Part shown: one piece after another, positions 1 to 10,357 of the stretch | How positions within the stretch are numbered: position 1 is the first letter of the stretch | Layout: the number at the start of each line of letters is the position of its first letter | Assembly: GCA_964270895.1 (NCBI GenBank) | Contig: OZ185445.1 | Length of the DNA: 64,000 nucleotides | DNA from: Podarcis filfolensis | Lineage: Eukaryota | Direction: 5' to 3' (one strand) | Position numbers and translations under genes: made by a program | Notes under the pieces: model-generated | The model's database searches: none | The model's input: the letters and a program-made list of their open reading frames with translations, nothing else | Told to the model about the DNA's origin: nothing

Positions 1-77
1 TAAAGAAGTGTTACTACAGAACTGTCTCCAGCGTATTATGTCAAGAGAGCTGAAATCACAAACCCCACGTCACAACA
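1..77 (+). repeat. 3' end of the 5' LTR
   Basis: Exact 77-nt match to the end of the 3' LTR; ends CACAACA and is followed by AC and the PBS. Confidence 0.95.
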
Positions 78-79
78 AC

Positions 80-97
80 TGGCGACGAAGGTGGGAT
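80..97 (+). promoter_or_regulatory. Primer-binding site, tRNA-Ser(GCT) type
   Basis: TGGCGACGAAGGTGGGAT is the reverse complement of ATCCCACCTTCGTCG-CCA, the 3' end of vertebrate tRNA-Ser(GCT) as I recall it. It lies 2 nt after the LTR. Confidence 0.85.
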
Positions 98-203
98 CCG
101 GAATGCTGAGGAGTGGTTAAACGCAGCCCTGCCTCAGAGTCCGGATTGTAGCTAAGAACAAGACTCACTGGCTGGCTGAGAAGACGACCCTGGCCACAGG
201 ACA

Positions 204-2411
204 ATGGAGAGTCCAAGGGTATTGGAGCCCTTCCAGCCATCAGAGCCCCACACGTGGGAAGACTATGTCGAACGCTTCGAGTTCTTCGCAGTGGCTCAAG
301 GGATCACCGATGCCAGCAAAAGAAGGGCCACATTCCTGAGCTACTGTGGGCCTGAGACCTTCAAGCTGGCCAAGGCATTGCTTGCTCCAGCGAAGCTAAG
401 TGAGACACCTCTCAAAGATATTCTTGCCTGCCTGACAAGCCATTTGGCGCCTACTGAGACCAAGATGGCCCGGCGGTTGGAGTTTCATAAGAGGCAGCAG
501 CGTGCTGGGGAGTCTGTATCTGCATTCCTGGATGAACTGCGGAAGCTCGCTCAGCACTGCGACTTCAGAGATCTGGAAAAGACTCTCCTGGATCAGTTTA
601 TCGGTGGTCTGAGCAGCAAGAAAGCCAGAAGACGCATCGTGGCTAAAGAAGAGGTTACCCTTGCTTCAGCCTTGAAGGAGGCCACCGCCACAGAGAATTA
701 TGAAAGAGAGGAGCTTGAGGCCAGTCGCAAGGCCCCTAAGCCACAGATAGAAGTTGCGCATGCCATGGACGAGCTAGAGGCTACTCTGAGCCAAAGCCCA
801 GTCCGTGGGGTCGAGTCAGTGCGTCAGGCCTGCACAGTGCACAAAGATCACCGAGGCAGGTGCCCTGGTTGTGGCGGCAACCATGAGCGGAAGAGTTGTC
901 GTTTCCGGGATGCTATGTGCCGGACGTGCGGGAAGACAGGTCACATCGCCAGGGTCTGTAGATCGGCGGCGTTGGGAGCGACAGGAGCAACTAGACTGGA
1001 GCATCGCAGACCGTCCACGGCAAACCATGTTCTAAAGAACTGCCACTACGTAACGGAGATCAACGGGAGGGTCGTGCAGTTTCCAGCGAAAGGCAAGGCA
1101 CACGTCAAGGTGAAGATTGAGGGTCAGCTGTGCGACATGGAGGTGGACTCCGGATCTGGATTCACTATCGTGTCGGACCAGACCGCGAGGACATTCTTTC
1201 CCAGGGGTAAGTTGCCCCCTCTGGAGCCCTTCCCAGCAACCTTGCAGTCATACTCAGCGGGCCGCATCCATGTCATGGGAATGTGTGCCGTGAGAGTACA
1301 GTTCCGGGACAAACAGGCGGTACTCAAACTGGTGATTGCGAAGGGCAGTCGCCCCAGTCTCCTGGGCACTGACTGGTTCCCCGCCCCGGGACTGAGTATA
1401 TCAGGGCTTAATTCAATCCAAACCTGCCCTGAGATGAGCGAGGCATTATGCAAAGAATTTGCTGGTCTCTTTAATGGAAAACTGGGTTGTTATAAAGGGC
1501 CCCCAGTTGACTTCAAATTGGACCCTGGGGTGGCCCCAATCCGACTCAAACCAAGGCGAGTGCCATTTGCACTGCAACCCAAGATCGAAGCAGAGCTAGA
1601 TAAATTGGTCAAGCAGGGAGTTCTCTCACCCGTGGACTCTGCTAAGTGGGAGACTCCAATCGTCACGCCCCTTAAAGCAAATGGGGAAGTCAGGATCTGT
1701 GCAGATTACAAATTTACTATCAATAAGGCACTCAGGGGAAACTCATACCCCATTCCAGTCGTATCACATCTGTTGGCTAAACTGGCTGGGGGCAAGGTGT
1801 TCGCCAAAATTGACCTGGCACAAGCTTACCAACAGCTGCCAGTAACCCCACAATCAGCGGAAGCGCAGACTATTGTCACACATAAAGGGGCGTTCAGAGT
1901 TAACAGATTACAATTTGGAGTTTGTGTGGCCCCAGGGATTTTTCAAGGGCTCATGGAACACCTGTTAAGAGGTCTGCCGGGGGTCTTGCCATTTTTTGAT
2001 GACGTTTTGATTGCTGGTAAAGACCCACAGGAACTGGTTGCGCGTGTCCGTGCAGTGTTGCTCAAGTTCAAGGAGGTGGGGTTGCAACTGAAAAAGGAAA
2101 AATGCAGTTTTGGGGTGCCAACTGTGGATTTCTTGGGGTTTAAAATTGATGCATCAGGCATCCACCCCACAGATGCTAAGATTAAGGCCATCATCGAGGC
2201 ACCACGACCACAGAACAAGACGCAGTTGCAGTCATTCCTGGGACTTATTAACTTTTATCATTCGTTCTTACCCCAGAAAGCTTCGGTAGCTGAACCATTA
2301 CATCGACTGTTGCAGAAAAAGAATGTGTGGCAATGGGGGCAGGGGCAGCAGAAGGCTTTTGACTCCTTGCGAGGAATGCTGAGTAGCAGGAGCGTCCTTG
2401 CTCATTATGAT
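204..2411 (+). CDS. gag-pol: Gag-protease-reverse transcriptase, N-terminal part of the split polyprotein
   Basis: Two Zn knuckles (CPGCGGNHERKSC, CRTCGKTGHIARVC), aspartic protease VDSGS, and RT motifs KIDLAQAYQQL, RLQFG, FFDD, FLG. The retrotransposon sequence ends at ...VLAHYD (2411); the ORF then runs into L2 sequence and stops at 2459. Confidence 0.95.
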
Positions 2412-3225
2412 GGGGGACAGGGGGCGGGCTGGTGTGGAGGACTCCCTGGTCCTGAATAGAGTAACTGTGCCCCTGAAGGACCAGGTGCGCAGCCTGGGAG
2501 TCATTTTGGACTCACAGCTGTCCATGGAGGCGCAGGTCAATTCTGTGTCCAGGGCAGCTGTCTACCAACTCCACCTGGTACGCAGGCTGAGACCCTACCT
2601 GCCCGCGGACTGTCTCGCCAGAGTGGTGCATGCTCTGGTTATCTCCCGCTTGGACTACTGCAATGCGCTCTACGTGGGGCTACCTTTGAAGGTGACTCGG
2701 AAACTACAACTAATCCAGAATGCGGCAGCTAGACTGGTGACTGGGGGCGGCCGCCGAGACCACATAACACCGGTCTTGAAAGACCTACATTGGCTCCCAG
2801 TACGTTTCCGAGCACAATTCAAAGTGCTGGTGTTGACCTTTAAAGCCCTAAACGGCCTCGGCCCAGTATACCTGAAGGAGCGTCTCCACCCCCATCGTTC
2901 TGCCCGGATGCTGAGGTCCAGCGCCGAGGGCCTTCTGGCGGTTCCCTCATTGCGAGAAGCAAAGCTACAGGGAACCAGGCAGAGGGCCTTCTCGGTAGTG
3001 GCGCCTGCCCTGTGGAACGCCCTCCCATCGGATGTCAAAGCGATAAATAACTACCTGACATTCAGAAGACATCTTAAGGCAGCCCTGTTCAGGGAAGTTT
3101 TTAATCTGTGATATTTTAGTGTGTTTTTGGTTTTCTATGGAAGCCGCCCAGAGTGGCTGGGGAAACCCAGCCAGATGGGCGGGGTACAAATAATAAATTA
3201 TTATTATTATTATTATTATTATTAT
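2412..3225 (+). mobile_element. 5'-truncated L2-clade LINE (ORF2 C-terminus, 3' UTR, (TTA)n tail)
   Basis: Frame to 3111 carries LGVILDSQLS, SRLDYCN, LHWLPV, RAFSVVAPALWNALP and LKAALFREVF, typical of the L2 ORF2 end. It is followed by a stem-loop 3' UTR, AATAAA and a perfect (TTA)n tail. Confidence 0.93.
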
Positions 3226-5094
3226 GAGTCGAAGCCGCTGGTCCTGGCATGTGATGCCTCTCAATACGGCCTGGGGGCGGTGCTGAGTCATAGGGAACCG
3301 GATGGGTCGGAAAAGCCCATCTCTTTCTATTCCCGTACGTTGTCGCCCACGGAGCGCAACTATGCTCAAATTGACAAAGAGGCGCTTGCAATTGTGGCAG
3401 GAATCAAAAAGCTCCATGATTATGTGTATGGTCGCCATTTCTCCATTGAAATGGACCACAAACCACTGTTAGGGTTGTTCAACCCGAACAAACAAACGCC
3501 ACAAATTCTCTCCCCCAGAATGTTGCGTTGGTCTATATTCCTGAACGGGTTCCAGTACACCCTGACCCATGTGCCGGGGAAACGGTTGTGCCACGCTGAT
3601 GCGCTGAGTCGATTGCCTCTTCCTGGCGGGAGCAATGTGGATCCTGCCCCAGCGGAGCACATAATGATGCTGGAAACACTTCCAGGGGCTCCTGTAACGG
3701 CTACTGATATAGCTGAGAAAACGAGGAAAGATGCTGTTCTCTCCCGTGTACTCACTTGGGTGGGGAGGGGGTGGCCAGGTGGTCCGCATGAAGACAAATT
3801 CAGGCCTTATGCGACAAGGCAGCACGAGTTGTCCATGCAGAAGGGTTGTCTCCTGTGGGGAGATAGGGTGATCATCCCAGCACCACTGAGAAACAGGGTT
3901 CTTGAGACGCTTCACATGGGACACCCGGGAATGGTCAGGATGAAGTCGCTAGCCCGATGTTATGTGTGGTGGCCTGGAATGGACCAGAACATAGAACAAT
4001 GGGTACGAACATGCAAGGCATGCCAAGAGGTGCGGCCAGAAGTGGCCAGAGCACCAGTTCACTGGTGGGAGCAGTCCAGATCTCCCTGGAGCCGGCTGCA
4101 CTTAGATTTTGCTGGGCCATTCCAGGGGAAGGTCTTTTTGGTTATCGTCGATGCATATTCCAAATGGTTAGAAGTGGCGATGGTCCCTAGCATGGCATCA
4201 GCTGCCGTAATCAAGGTGTTGAGGCAGCTGTTTGCAACCCACGGGTTACCTGAGACCATTGTATCAGATAATGGGGCAGCTTTTGTATCCCAAGAATTCA
4301 GGGCATTCTTGGCTGATAACTTCATAAGAGGGGTCACATCCGCGCCCTTTCACCCATCCTCCAATGGGCAGGCTGAGCGCATGGTAAGAACAGCCAAAGA
4401 ATCCATTGCGCGCTTAATGGAGGGTAACTGGTCAGCTCGCATCGCGCGAATGTTATTTTTGCAGCATGCGACGCCGTGTACTGCGACGGGCAAGTCGCCA
4501 GCTGAGCTGCTCTTGGGTAGAAGACTGGTAACGGTGCTGGATTATGTCCACCCCGATAAAATGCCAAACCGCAATTCAAGAGCAACCCCCCAGGCTGAGG
4601 CTGACACAACAAGGTATCTCGCCCCTGAAGATCTGGTCTGGGTGAGGAACTATTCACGAGGTTCGCGGTGGGTGGCTGGTGTGGTCACCCGGACTAGTGG
4701 ACCAGTGTCCTACTATGTGACCTTGGAAAATGGGCAAGTTTGGAAGAGACATATAGATCAGCTGAGGCGCCGGGCGCTCAGCAGGGAGGGGTCAGATAAT
4801 TCATCCCTGGCTAACGACGCAGAGCTGCAAGACCAGAGTGAAAATGGCCCAGAGGTGCAGTCACCAGGGGCTTCAGCAAATGAACCAGGGTCTGCTAGTC
4901 CTCAGGAGGACGAGGTACAGGTAGGGGACCCTGCGATGTCTGGGACTCCATCTGTTCCTGACGAAACCCCTATAGCACCCCCCCTACCACAGGTAACATC
5001 CAATCCAGAACCGGCAACACCTGTTGTCAGGAGATCAAGTAGAACTTGTAGGACCCCACAGTACCTGAGAGATTACGTCTGCGGTGCTCACTAG
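3226..5094 (+). CDS. pol: RNase H-integrase, C-terminal part of the split polyprotein
   Basis: RNase H motifs CDASQYG, EALAIV, DHKPL, ADALSR. Integrase HHCC (HMGH...CKAC), D-D-E (LDFAG, SDNG, AERMV) and a GPVSY (GPY/F-like) motif. No stop until 5094. Confidence 0.95.
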   Translation, partial: ESKPLVLACDASQYGLGAVLSHREPDGSEKPISFYSRTLSPTERNYAQIDKEALAIVAGIKKLHDYVYGRHFSIEMDHKPLLGLFNPNKQTPQILSPRMLRWSIFLNGFQYTLTHVPGKRLCHADALSRLPLPGGSNVDPAPAEHIMMLETLPGAPVTATDIAEKTRKDAVLSRVLTWVGRGWPGGPHEDKFRPYATRQHELSMQKGCLLWGDRVIIPAPLRNRVLETLHMGHPGMVRMKSLARCYVWWPGMDQNIEQWVRTCKACQEVRPEVARAPVHWWEQSRSPWSRLHLDFAGPFQGKVFLVIVDAYSKWLEVAMVPSMASAAVIKVLRQLFATHGLPETIVSDNGAAFVSQEFRAFLADNFIRGVTSAPFHPSSNGQAERMVRTAKESIARLMEGNWSARIARMLFLQHATPCTATGKSPAELLLGRRLVTVLDYVHPDKMPNRNSRATPQAEADTTRYLAPEDLVWVRNYSRGSRWVAGVVTRTSGPVSYYVTLENGQVWKRHIDQLRRRALSREGSDNSSLANDAELQDQSENGPEVQSPGASANEPGSASPQEDEVQVGDPAMSGTPSVPDETPIAPPLPQVTSNPEPATPVVRRSSRTCRTPQYLRDYVCGAH

Positions 5095-5105
5095 GGGGGG
5101 AGGGG
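5093..5105 (+). promoter_or_regulatory. Polypurine tract
   Basis: AGGGGGGGAGGGG immediately precedes the TG of the 3' LTR. Confidence 0.9.
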
Positions 5106-5455
5106 TGTTGTGTATTGAGTCAAAGGATTTTATATCTGTATTATTATTGTCTGTATTTGCATTAGGGTAAAGTAACTGCCTTTTGGTTCCAGAGGGTACA
5201 GCTACTATTGGTTCATTTAAGCTGCTGTATTTGGATCCTCTGTCTTATTGGTTTCCTCCAAAAGGCAGGACTGTGATTGCCTGATATTGTTCCCTCCAAA
5301 ATGTATCCTTTCTAGCTAGTTCCCTGTCCCTATAAATGTAGCTCTCCCCTCCTCAGTTCTCAGTCTTGTTTGCTTTAATAAAGAAGTGTTACTACAGAAC
5401 TGTCTCCAGCGTATTATGTCAAGAGAGCTGAAATCACAAACCCCACGTCACAACA
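5106..5455 (+). repeat. 3' LTR, 350 bp
   Basis: Terminal inverted repeat TGTTGTG...CACAACA, TATAAA at 5331-5336, AATAAA at 5377-5382. Confidence 0.95.
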
Positions 5456-5743
5456 CTACCTAATGTGGGAGTGACTTATGTCTGGAAACAAATACAGCCA
5501 CGATTTGTTGCAAGATAGCTATAGTGTGATCCCATAGGTAAGTGCCCACTAATACCAACCACTGATATGCTGCATTCTGGACCAAGTGAAGCTTTGAAGA
5601 CTCTTCACAAGTAATCCCAAATCAAATGTAATGGAATAGAATAGTCCAGCCTAGTTGTAATGGAGGCATATGTTACCATCTTCATGCAGCAATAGATTAT
5701 ACAGTAAAGAAGGTGCTAAAAGAACTAATTCATTAAAATTCAC

Positions 5744-5800
5744 CTGTTGGAGAGATCCTTCAAGGCACTACTAAACCAGCAATTTTTGTATCTGTTCCAG
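5744..5800 (-). CDS. Candidate exon of an unidentified host gene (57 nt, phase 2-2)
   Basis: ag|CTGGAAC...CAACAG|gtgaat. Only one frame is open (WNRYKNCWFSSALKDLSN). No homolog recognised. Confidence 0.27.
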
Positions 5801-6144
5801 CTTTCATGAAAGAAAAACAATAAAAAAAACACTTCAGAGTATGCTAGGGAAAGTGATATTGTTGTACAATTCCGATTACTATCTCTGGTTTTTCTTTTTT
5901 TAAAAAAAAAAAAAGCCAAAGAAACCAACAAAGGAATGATTTCCAAGACTTCTTCCATTTTTATGCTCAAAGTGTTTATTTGCCCTCTGGGACATTTCCT
6001 GCATTCTTATGTATTATGTAAATGAGATCTAAATCTAAAATGTGATCTGTGTACTTGGAAGCATTATGCATTCAACCATGTAAAAAGAAATGGCAGATTC
6101 TCCAGATCATGATGTTTACAAAGGACTTTTTTTTGTGTACTTAC

Positions 6145-6189
6145 AGTACTCTGAATTGATAGAGCTTTTCCAGTGAAGAAACAAATGGT
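6145..6189 (-). CDS. Candidate exon (45 nt)
   Basis: gcaccgcctcag|ACCATTTG...AGTACT|gtaagt has a consensus donor. The phase-2 reading is PFVSSLEKLYQFRV. Confidence 0.3.
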
Positions 6190-6723
6190 CTGAGGCGGTG
6201 CAAGTAACAAACATAGAGATAACAGAGTAGAAAATATACCCATGAAATATTAAATATATTCTGTTGATAGAGCTGAGCAATGAAAGCCAAACTACATAAG
6301 TACTAATTCACTGACCCAGCTTTGTTTAGGTATCACTCTCAGTAATGAATACACATCCATTTTATCGAGGTATGGTGAGCCAAATTCCATTGTTTGCCTC
6401 TGATCAGGGGGTGCCTTACCCACAATTCCTTGCTTTGAGGAAGGAATGTCCTCAAAGTATTTACCCTCTATTCGATATCTCTATTCAAAATTAGAGCTAT
6501 GTGTGCCACAAGCTTGTCATTCACCCCCTAAATTACCCTCAGATACATCAGAGGACACCATCCCATTTCCAGATTCAGCTGCTAGTCCAGTCAGCTTCTG
6601 TACATTGAACAGAAGGGCTGGGGCACTTATTCTTCTTTCTGTCAGGCAGCAATATGTCTTGGGACAGCGCTGAGGCTGAAACAAGAGAGGTTGCAAAAAA
6701 TCCTACTCATACCACTTCAAATA

Positions 6724-6965
6724 CAGTGGTACCTCAGGTTACATATGCTTCAGGTTACATACACTTCAGGTTACAGACTCCGCTAACCCAGAAATATTAC
6801 CTCGGGTTAAGAACTTTGCTTCAAGATGAGAACAGAAATCATGCTCCGGTGGTGTGGCGGCAGCAGGAGGCCCCATTAGCTAAAGTGGTGCTTCAGGTTA
6901 AGAACAGTTTCAGGTTAAGAACAGACCTCCAGAACAAATTAAGTACTTAACACGAGGTACCACTG
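6724..6965 (-). mobile_element. Tc1/mariner (Tigger/pogo-like) MITE, 242-bp subfamily, inverted relative to the other copies
   Basis: TA-CAGTGGTACCTC...GAGGTACCACTG-TA; reverse complement of the copy at 56743-56984. Confidence 0.9.
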
Positions 6966-7049
6966 TAGAGGCATCTCACTTTCCTAGAAATTATCTTTCA
7001 ATATGACTTTAGGTTTCTTTTGGATAGCTTGCAGCAGAATCTTTTAATA

Positions 7050-7286
7050 CAGTGGTACTTCGGTTTTCGAACATAATCCATTCTGGAAGACCATCCAAGT
7101 TCTGAAATGTTTGAAAACTGAAAACTCAGTACGGAAGCCTCAAAAGGGAAAACTCAATATGGAAGCCACGTTTCATGTTCGACTTCTGAGGCACATTCGA
7201 AAACCGAAGCATTTACTTCCAGCTTTATGGCATTCAAAAACCGAAATGTTCATCACCAGAGAGGCTCAAAAACTGAGGTGCCACTG
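7050..7286. mobile_element. Tc1/mariner MITE, different internal sequence
   Basis: TA-CAGTGGTACTTCGGTTTT...AAAACTGAGGTGCCACTG-TA. Confidence 0.85.
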
Positions 7287-7456
7287 TATACTGTCTCCTT
7301 CTCAAAAGTTAACATAGGCAGCCTCCATCCATCTGAGCCCTCTCCACACCCATTTGGCTCCTCCTCATGGTCTTTAATTACTTAGATATGCTTTCAGTTT
7401 CGCTTGTATCCTGGCTTTTCAGCAGCTGCAACATTTTCAAAAAGTCCAGATCTTAC

Positions 7457-7613
7457 TGCACATGCCTTTTTATTATGCCCCTGATCTTGACCATCAAGTC
7501 ACACTTTGTAGCTTCCGGGAAACCTCTTTCCTCACATAATGGAAATGGCCATGCCGTTTGCAACCTTTCTGCATCATAATGGTCCTTTTGGTGATGTCTG
7601 GGACACTGTAGAA
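7457..7613 (-). CDS. Candidate exon (157 nt, phase 1-2)
   Basis: tttaatag|TTCTACAG...GTGCA|gtaaga with 51 open codons (LQCPRHHQKD...IIKRHV). Alternative splice sites inside it are also plausible. Confidence 0.25.
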
Positions 7614-8282
7614 CTATTAAAGAAATCATTTTAATCTATCTTAAATATTTCAAATACATATTCATTTTTATTCATCAGTGCAATTAGACCAGGATAAAAG
7701 ATTATTAAGCCTGATTTAAGATTAGCTCATCATAGTCATCATGACTTGGGAGCTATATCTATAAGAGAGGCAAAGATTCTCCTCCTTGCTTCTAGATAAA
7801 GGCACTATTACATCGATCAGCCAGGCCTGCGAAACACTGATCTCTTTCCAAATATGTGGGAAACCCAACTGTTAATCAGAAATCAGGTAAATGCTCTTCT
7901 TCAATAACATAATCAATAGCAAAGCGGGGTTTCGAAAACACCCAATATTTCATTCCCGAGAAAGGGTTTGTAGGAAATATTTGAGGAAAGCACACACAAT
8001 ATGCACATCCATACCCCTGATGAGTTTAAAAATGAGCATATCAAGAGGAGGCATATATCTGCTAATGTATAGCATACAACACAGATATATATTTTAATGC
8101 ATGTGAAAATATTGCTTGAACAGGGGGCATGGTCATGAGGACCAGATAGAGAGTTCTGGGGGGTTGTACTTGCCCCAAGCCTGAAGTAAACCACCTAAAT
8201 GTATGAAAGAGCCCCTATTGGGCTTCCATGTGACGGAGAGCCTCACCAGTCACACTGAACATCCTAAGCATATAGTGGTGCC

Positions 8283-8891
8283 CAGTGCTTTTTTCCTTTA
8301 AGAATGTTTGTTGTTGTTTAGTCGTGTCTGACTCTTCGTGACCCCATGGACCAGAGCACGCCAGGCACTCCTGTCTTCCACTGCCTCCCACAGTTTGGTC
8401 AAACTCATGCTGGTAGCTTCGAGAACACTATCCAACCATCTCGTCCTCTGTCGTCCCCTTCTCCTTGTGCCCTCCATCTTTCCCAACATCACAGTCTTTT
8501 CCAGGGAGTCTTCTCTTCTCCTGAGGTGGCCAAAGTATTGGAGTCTCAGCTTCAGGATCTGTCCTTCCAGTGAGCACTCAGGGCTGATTTCCTTCAGAAT
8601 GGATAGGTTTGATCTTCTTGCAGTCCATGGGACTCTCAAGAGTCTCCTCCAGCACCATAATTCAAAAGCATCAATTCTTTGGCGATCAGCCTTCTTTATG
8701 GTCGAGCTCTCACTTCCATACATCACTACTGGGAAAACCATAGCTTTTACTATACGGACCTTTGTTACCCCTAAAAATGTTTAGGGATACTCTCATTTTT
8801 CTACTCATATTGAAATGCTGCCCCTCAGTGAGGCCAAACTTAGATACACAAACTGTTTAGGGGTATGCGTACCCCCAGGAAAAAAGCACTG
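8283..8891. mobile_element. hAT-type MITE (about 136 bp net) carrying a nested BovB
   Basis: Perfect 15-bp TIR CAGTGCTTTTTTCCT/AGGAAAAAAGCACTG and perfect 8-bp TSD GTGGTGCC (8275-8282, 8892-8899). Confidence 0.92.
8310..8771 (-). mobile_element. BovB (RTE) LINE 3' fragment
   Basis: Minus frame reads FPVVMYG.ES...RIDAFELWCWRRLLRVPWTARRSN...GRQRTRWLD...VHGVTKS, with a (CAA)n tail. Approximate TSD TAA(G/A)AATGTTT. Confidence 0.95.
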
Positions 8892-9332
8892 GTGGTGCCT
8901 TATGTTCATACTTCTAGGTCATGGCCAGAGGGGTGCACTAAGATTGGGGGCAGTTCTGGATAGCACAGTTCTGCTCCTGTCCACATCTTCAGACAATGCC
9001 TGGAGGGGCTAATTCTGCAATGGTCAGTCACCACTAACATTTCATCAAAAGCAACGTAATGGGGCTTAAACTTTTGGTGAATCATTCCCTTTAGAGTTAT
9101 GGCTGACCAGGCCTTTCAAAAAATAGTAAGAAATAGAAAGCTGATTAATGATCACCAGTAGAATTTAAATAGATAACAAGCTGGAGAATACCACAAACCA
9201 TAGCTGTGATCCTAAGCAAACGACAGGGCATGTTTTATGGAAATCACTGAGACTTTCTGAATGAACTACGCTTAGATTTCTTGATTATCAATATTGCAAA
9301 GCCCAGTGCCAACGCAGGTTTCAGTGATTTAC

Positions 9333-9483
9333 CTTGGCTACCCAATCTAGCATTTGCAGCTGATACATTAATTTCCAAACATGTGTTAAGGTACAAGTTG
9401 CCAAGGATGTGCATTCCATTTATCTTTGCTTTAGTGAGATTGACATGGTGAATTATGAAGTCAAACCCTAGGCTACAAGATGC
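9333..9483 (-). CDS. Candidate exon (151 nt, phase 0-1)
   Basis: ctttatag|GCATCT...CCAAG|gtaaat. Only one frame is open (ASCSLGFDFIIHHVNLT...RLGSQ). Confidence 0.28.
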
Positions 9484-9999
9484 CTATAAAGATTAAGGCA
9501 TTTCCTCCTTTCCCTAACAATTAGCAACACTAGGCTGCTAAACAGAGATCAATTGTAATTGGGAAACTGAAAGAAGACAATAAACAAATTACTTGTGTTT
9601 TCACTGAAGCCTGTTGGTTTACAAGACCAACTGTTATTTAATCCCAAAGCCTTGTTGTAGGCTGTAAATTACCCATTACAGTTGTCACTGGGCCCTGAAG
9701 AAGAGTTAGTTACTCCTAGTTGCGGGGGTGGGGCACCATCTAGTTATTTACTTTAGTTGAAACTGAATACCACAGTACATAAATAACTTCAAAAAGTTTG
9801 CTGTTTATGTCTATGTGCTTGAAAAATACAGGTACTGGGAGGGAAAAAATGTAGCACATATTTAGCTGTTTATCCAGGCTGCCCATCAGAAGACTCTGGT
9901 TTAAGTTAAAATAAGTACAACTGGGTGAAAAATGTTTAACACTCTTTTCTGATTAAAGAAACAAATAAATAAGAATACTATATATCTATATACATATAG

Positions 10000-10116
10000 G
10001 GGGGTAATTGGGTTGTTGTTTTTATTTTGATTGTAAATTTTGTGGTTTTATATTTTTATTTTTTCAGTGAACCTCCCTGAGGCCTCTGGGTATAGGGCGG
10101 TATATAAATTCAATAA

Positions 10117-10159
<43 letters not shown>
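10000..10159 (+). mobile_element. L2-type LINE 3' UTR remnant with (TTA)n tail
   Basis: GTGAACCTCCCTGAGG...TATAGGGCGGTATATAAAT then (TTA)n; a homologous inverted copy lies at about 42625-43010. Confidence 0.7.
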
Positions 10160-10160
<1 letters not shown>

Positions 10161-10357
10161 TGATGTTTCAGGAGTATCTGAATCTGACGTATGGCAAACA
10201 TTTACATGAGGAGCAACCCATTTCTCTCATAGGGTTGGCCCTATCTTTAGGAATTGTGAGGCATCTATCTTAGATGATTCTGAAGTTAATGAAAGGTCAG
10301 CAAATTGTTAGTTTTACAACATTTATGTACTGCTTGATTGTAATAAGACCTCTAAGC

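Larger units (their letters stand above)
1..5455 (+). mobile_element. Ty3/Gypsy LTR retrotransposon (Mag-like, single gag-pol ORF), 5' LTR cut by the window edge, interrupted by an L2 insertion
   Basis: Shows LTR-PBS-gag-PR-RT-RH-IN-PPT-LTR order. Bases 1-77 are identical to 5379-5455. No env or chromodomain is seen. Confidence 0.97.

Noticed and set aside
204-2459. 751-aa ORF as a complete protein
   Set aside because: Its last 15 residues come from the L2 insert; the real ORF continues at 3226.
805-4657. Overlapping and antisense ORFs within the retrotransposon and L2
   Set aside because: Shadow frames of GC-rich coding sequence with no motifs.
8338-8784. 148-aa plus-strand ORF, and the 133-aa minus ORF at 24306-24707
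   Set aside because: Antisense frames of BovB.
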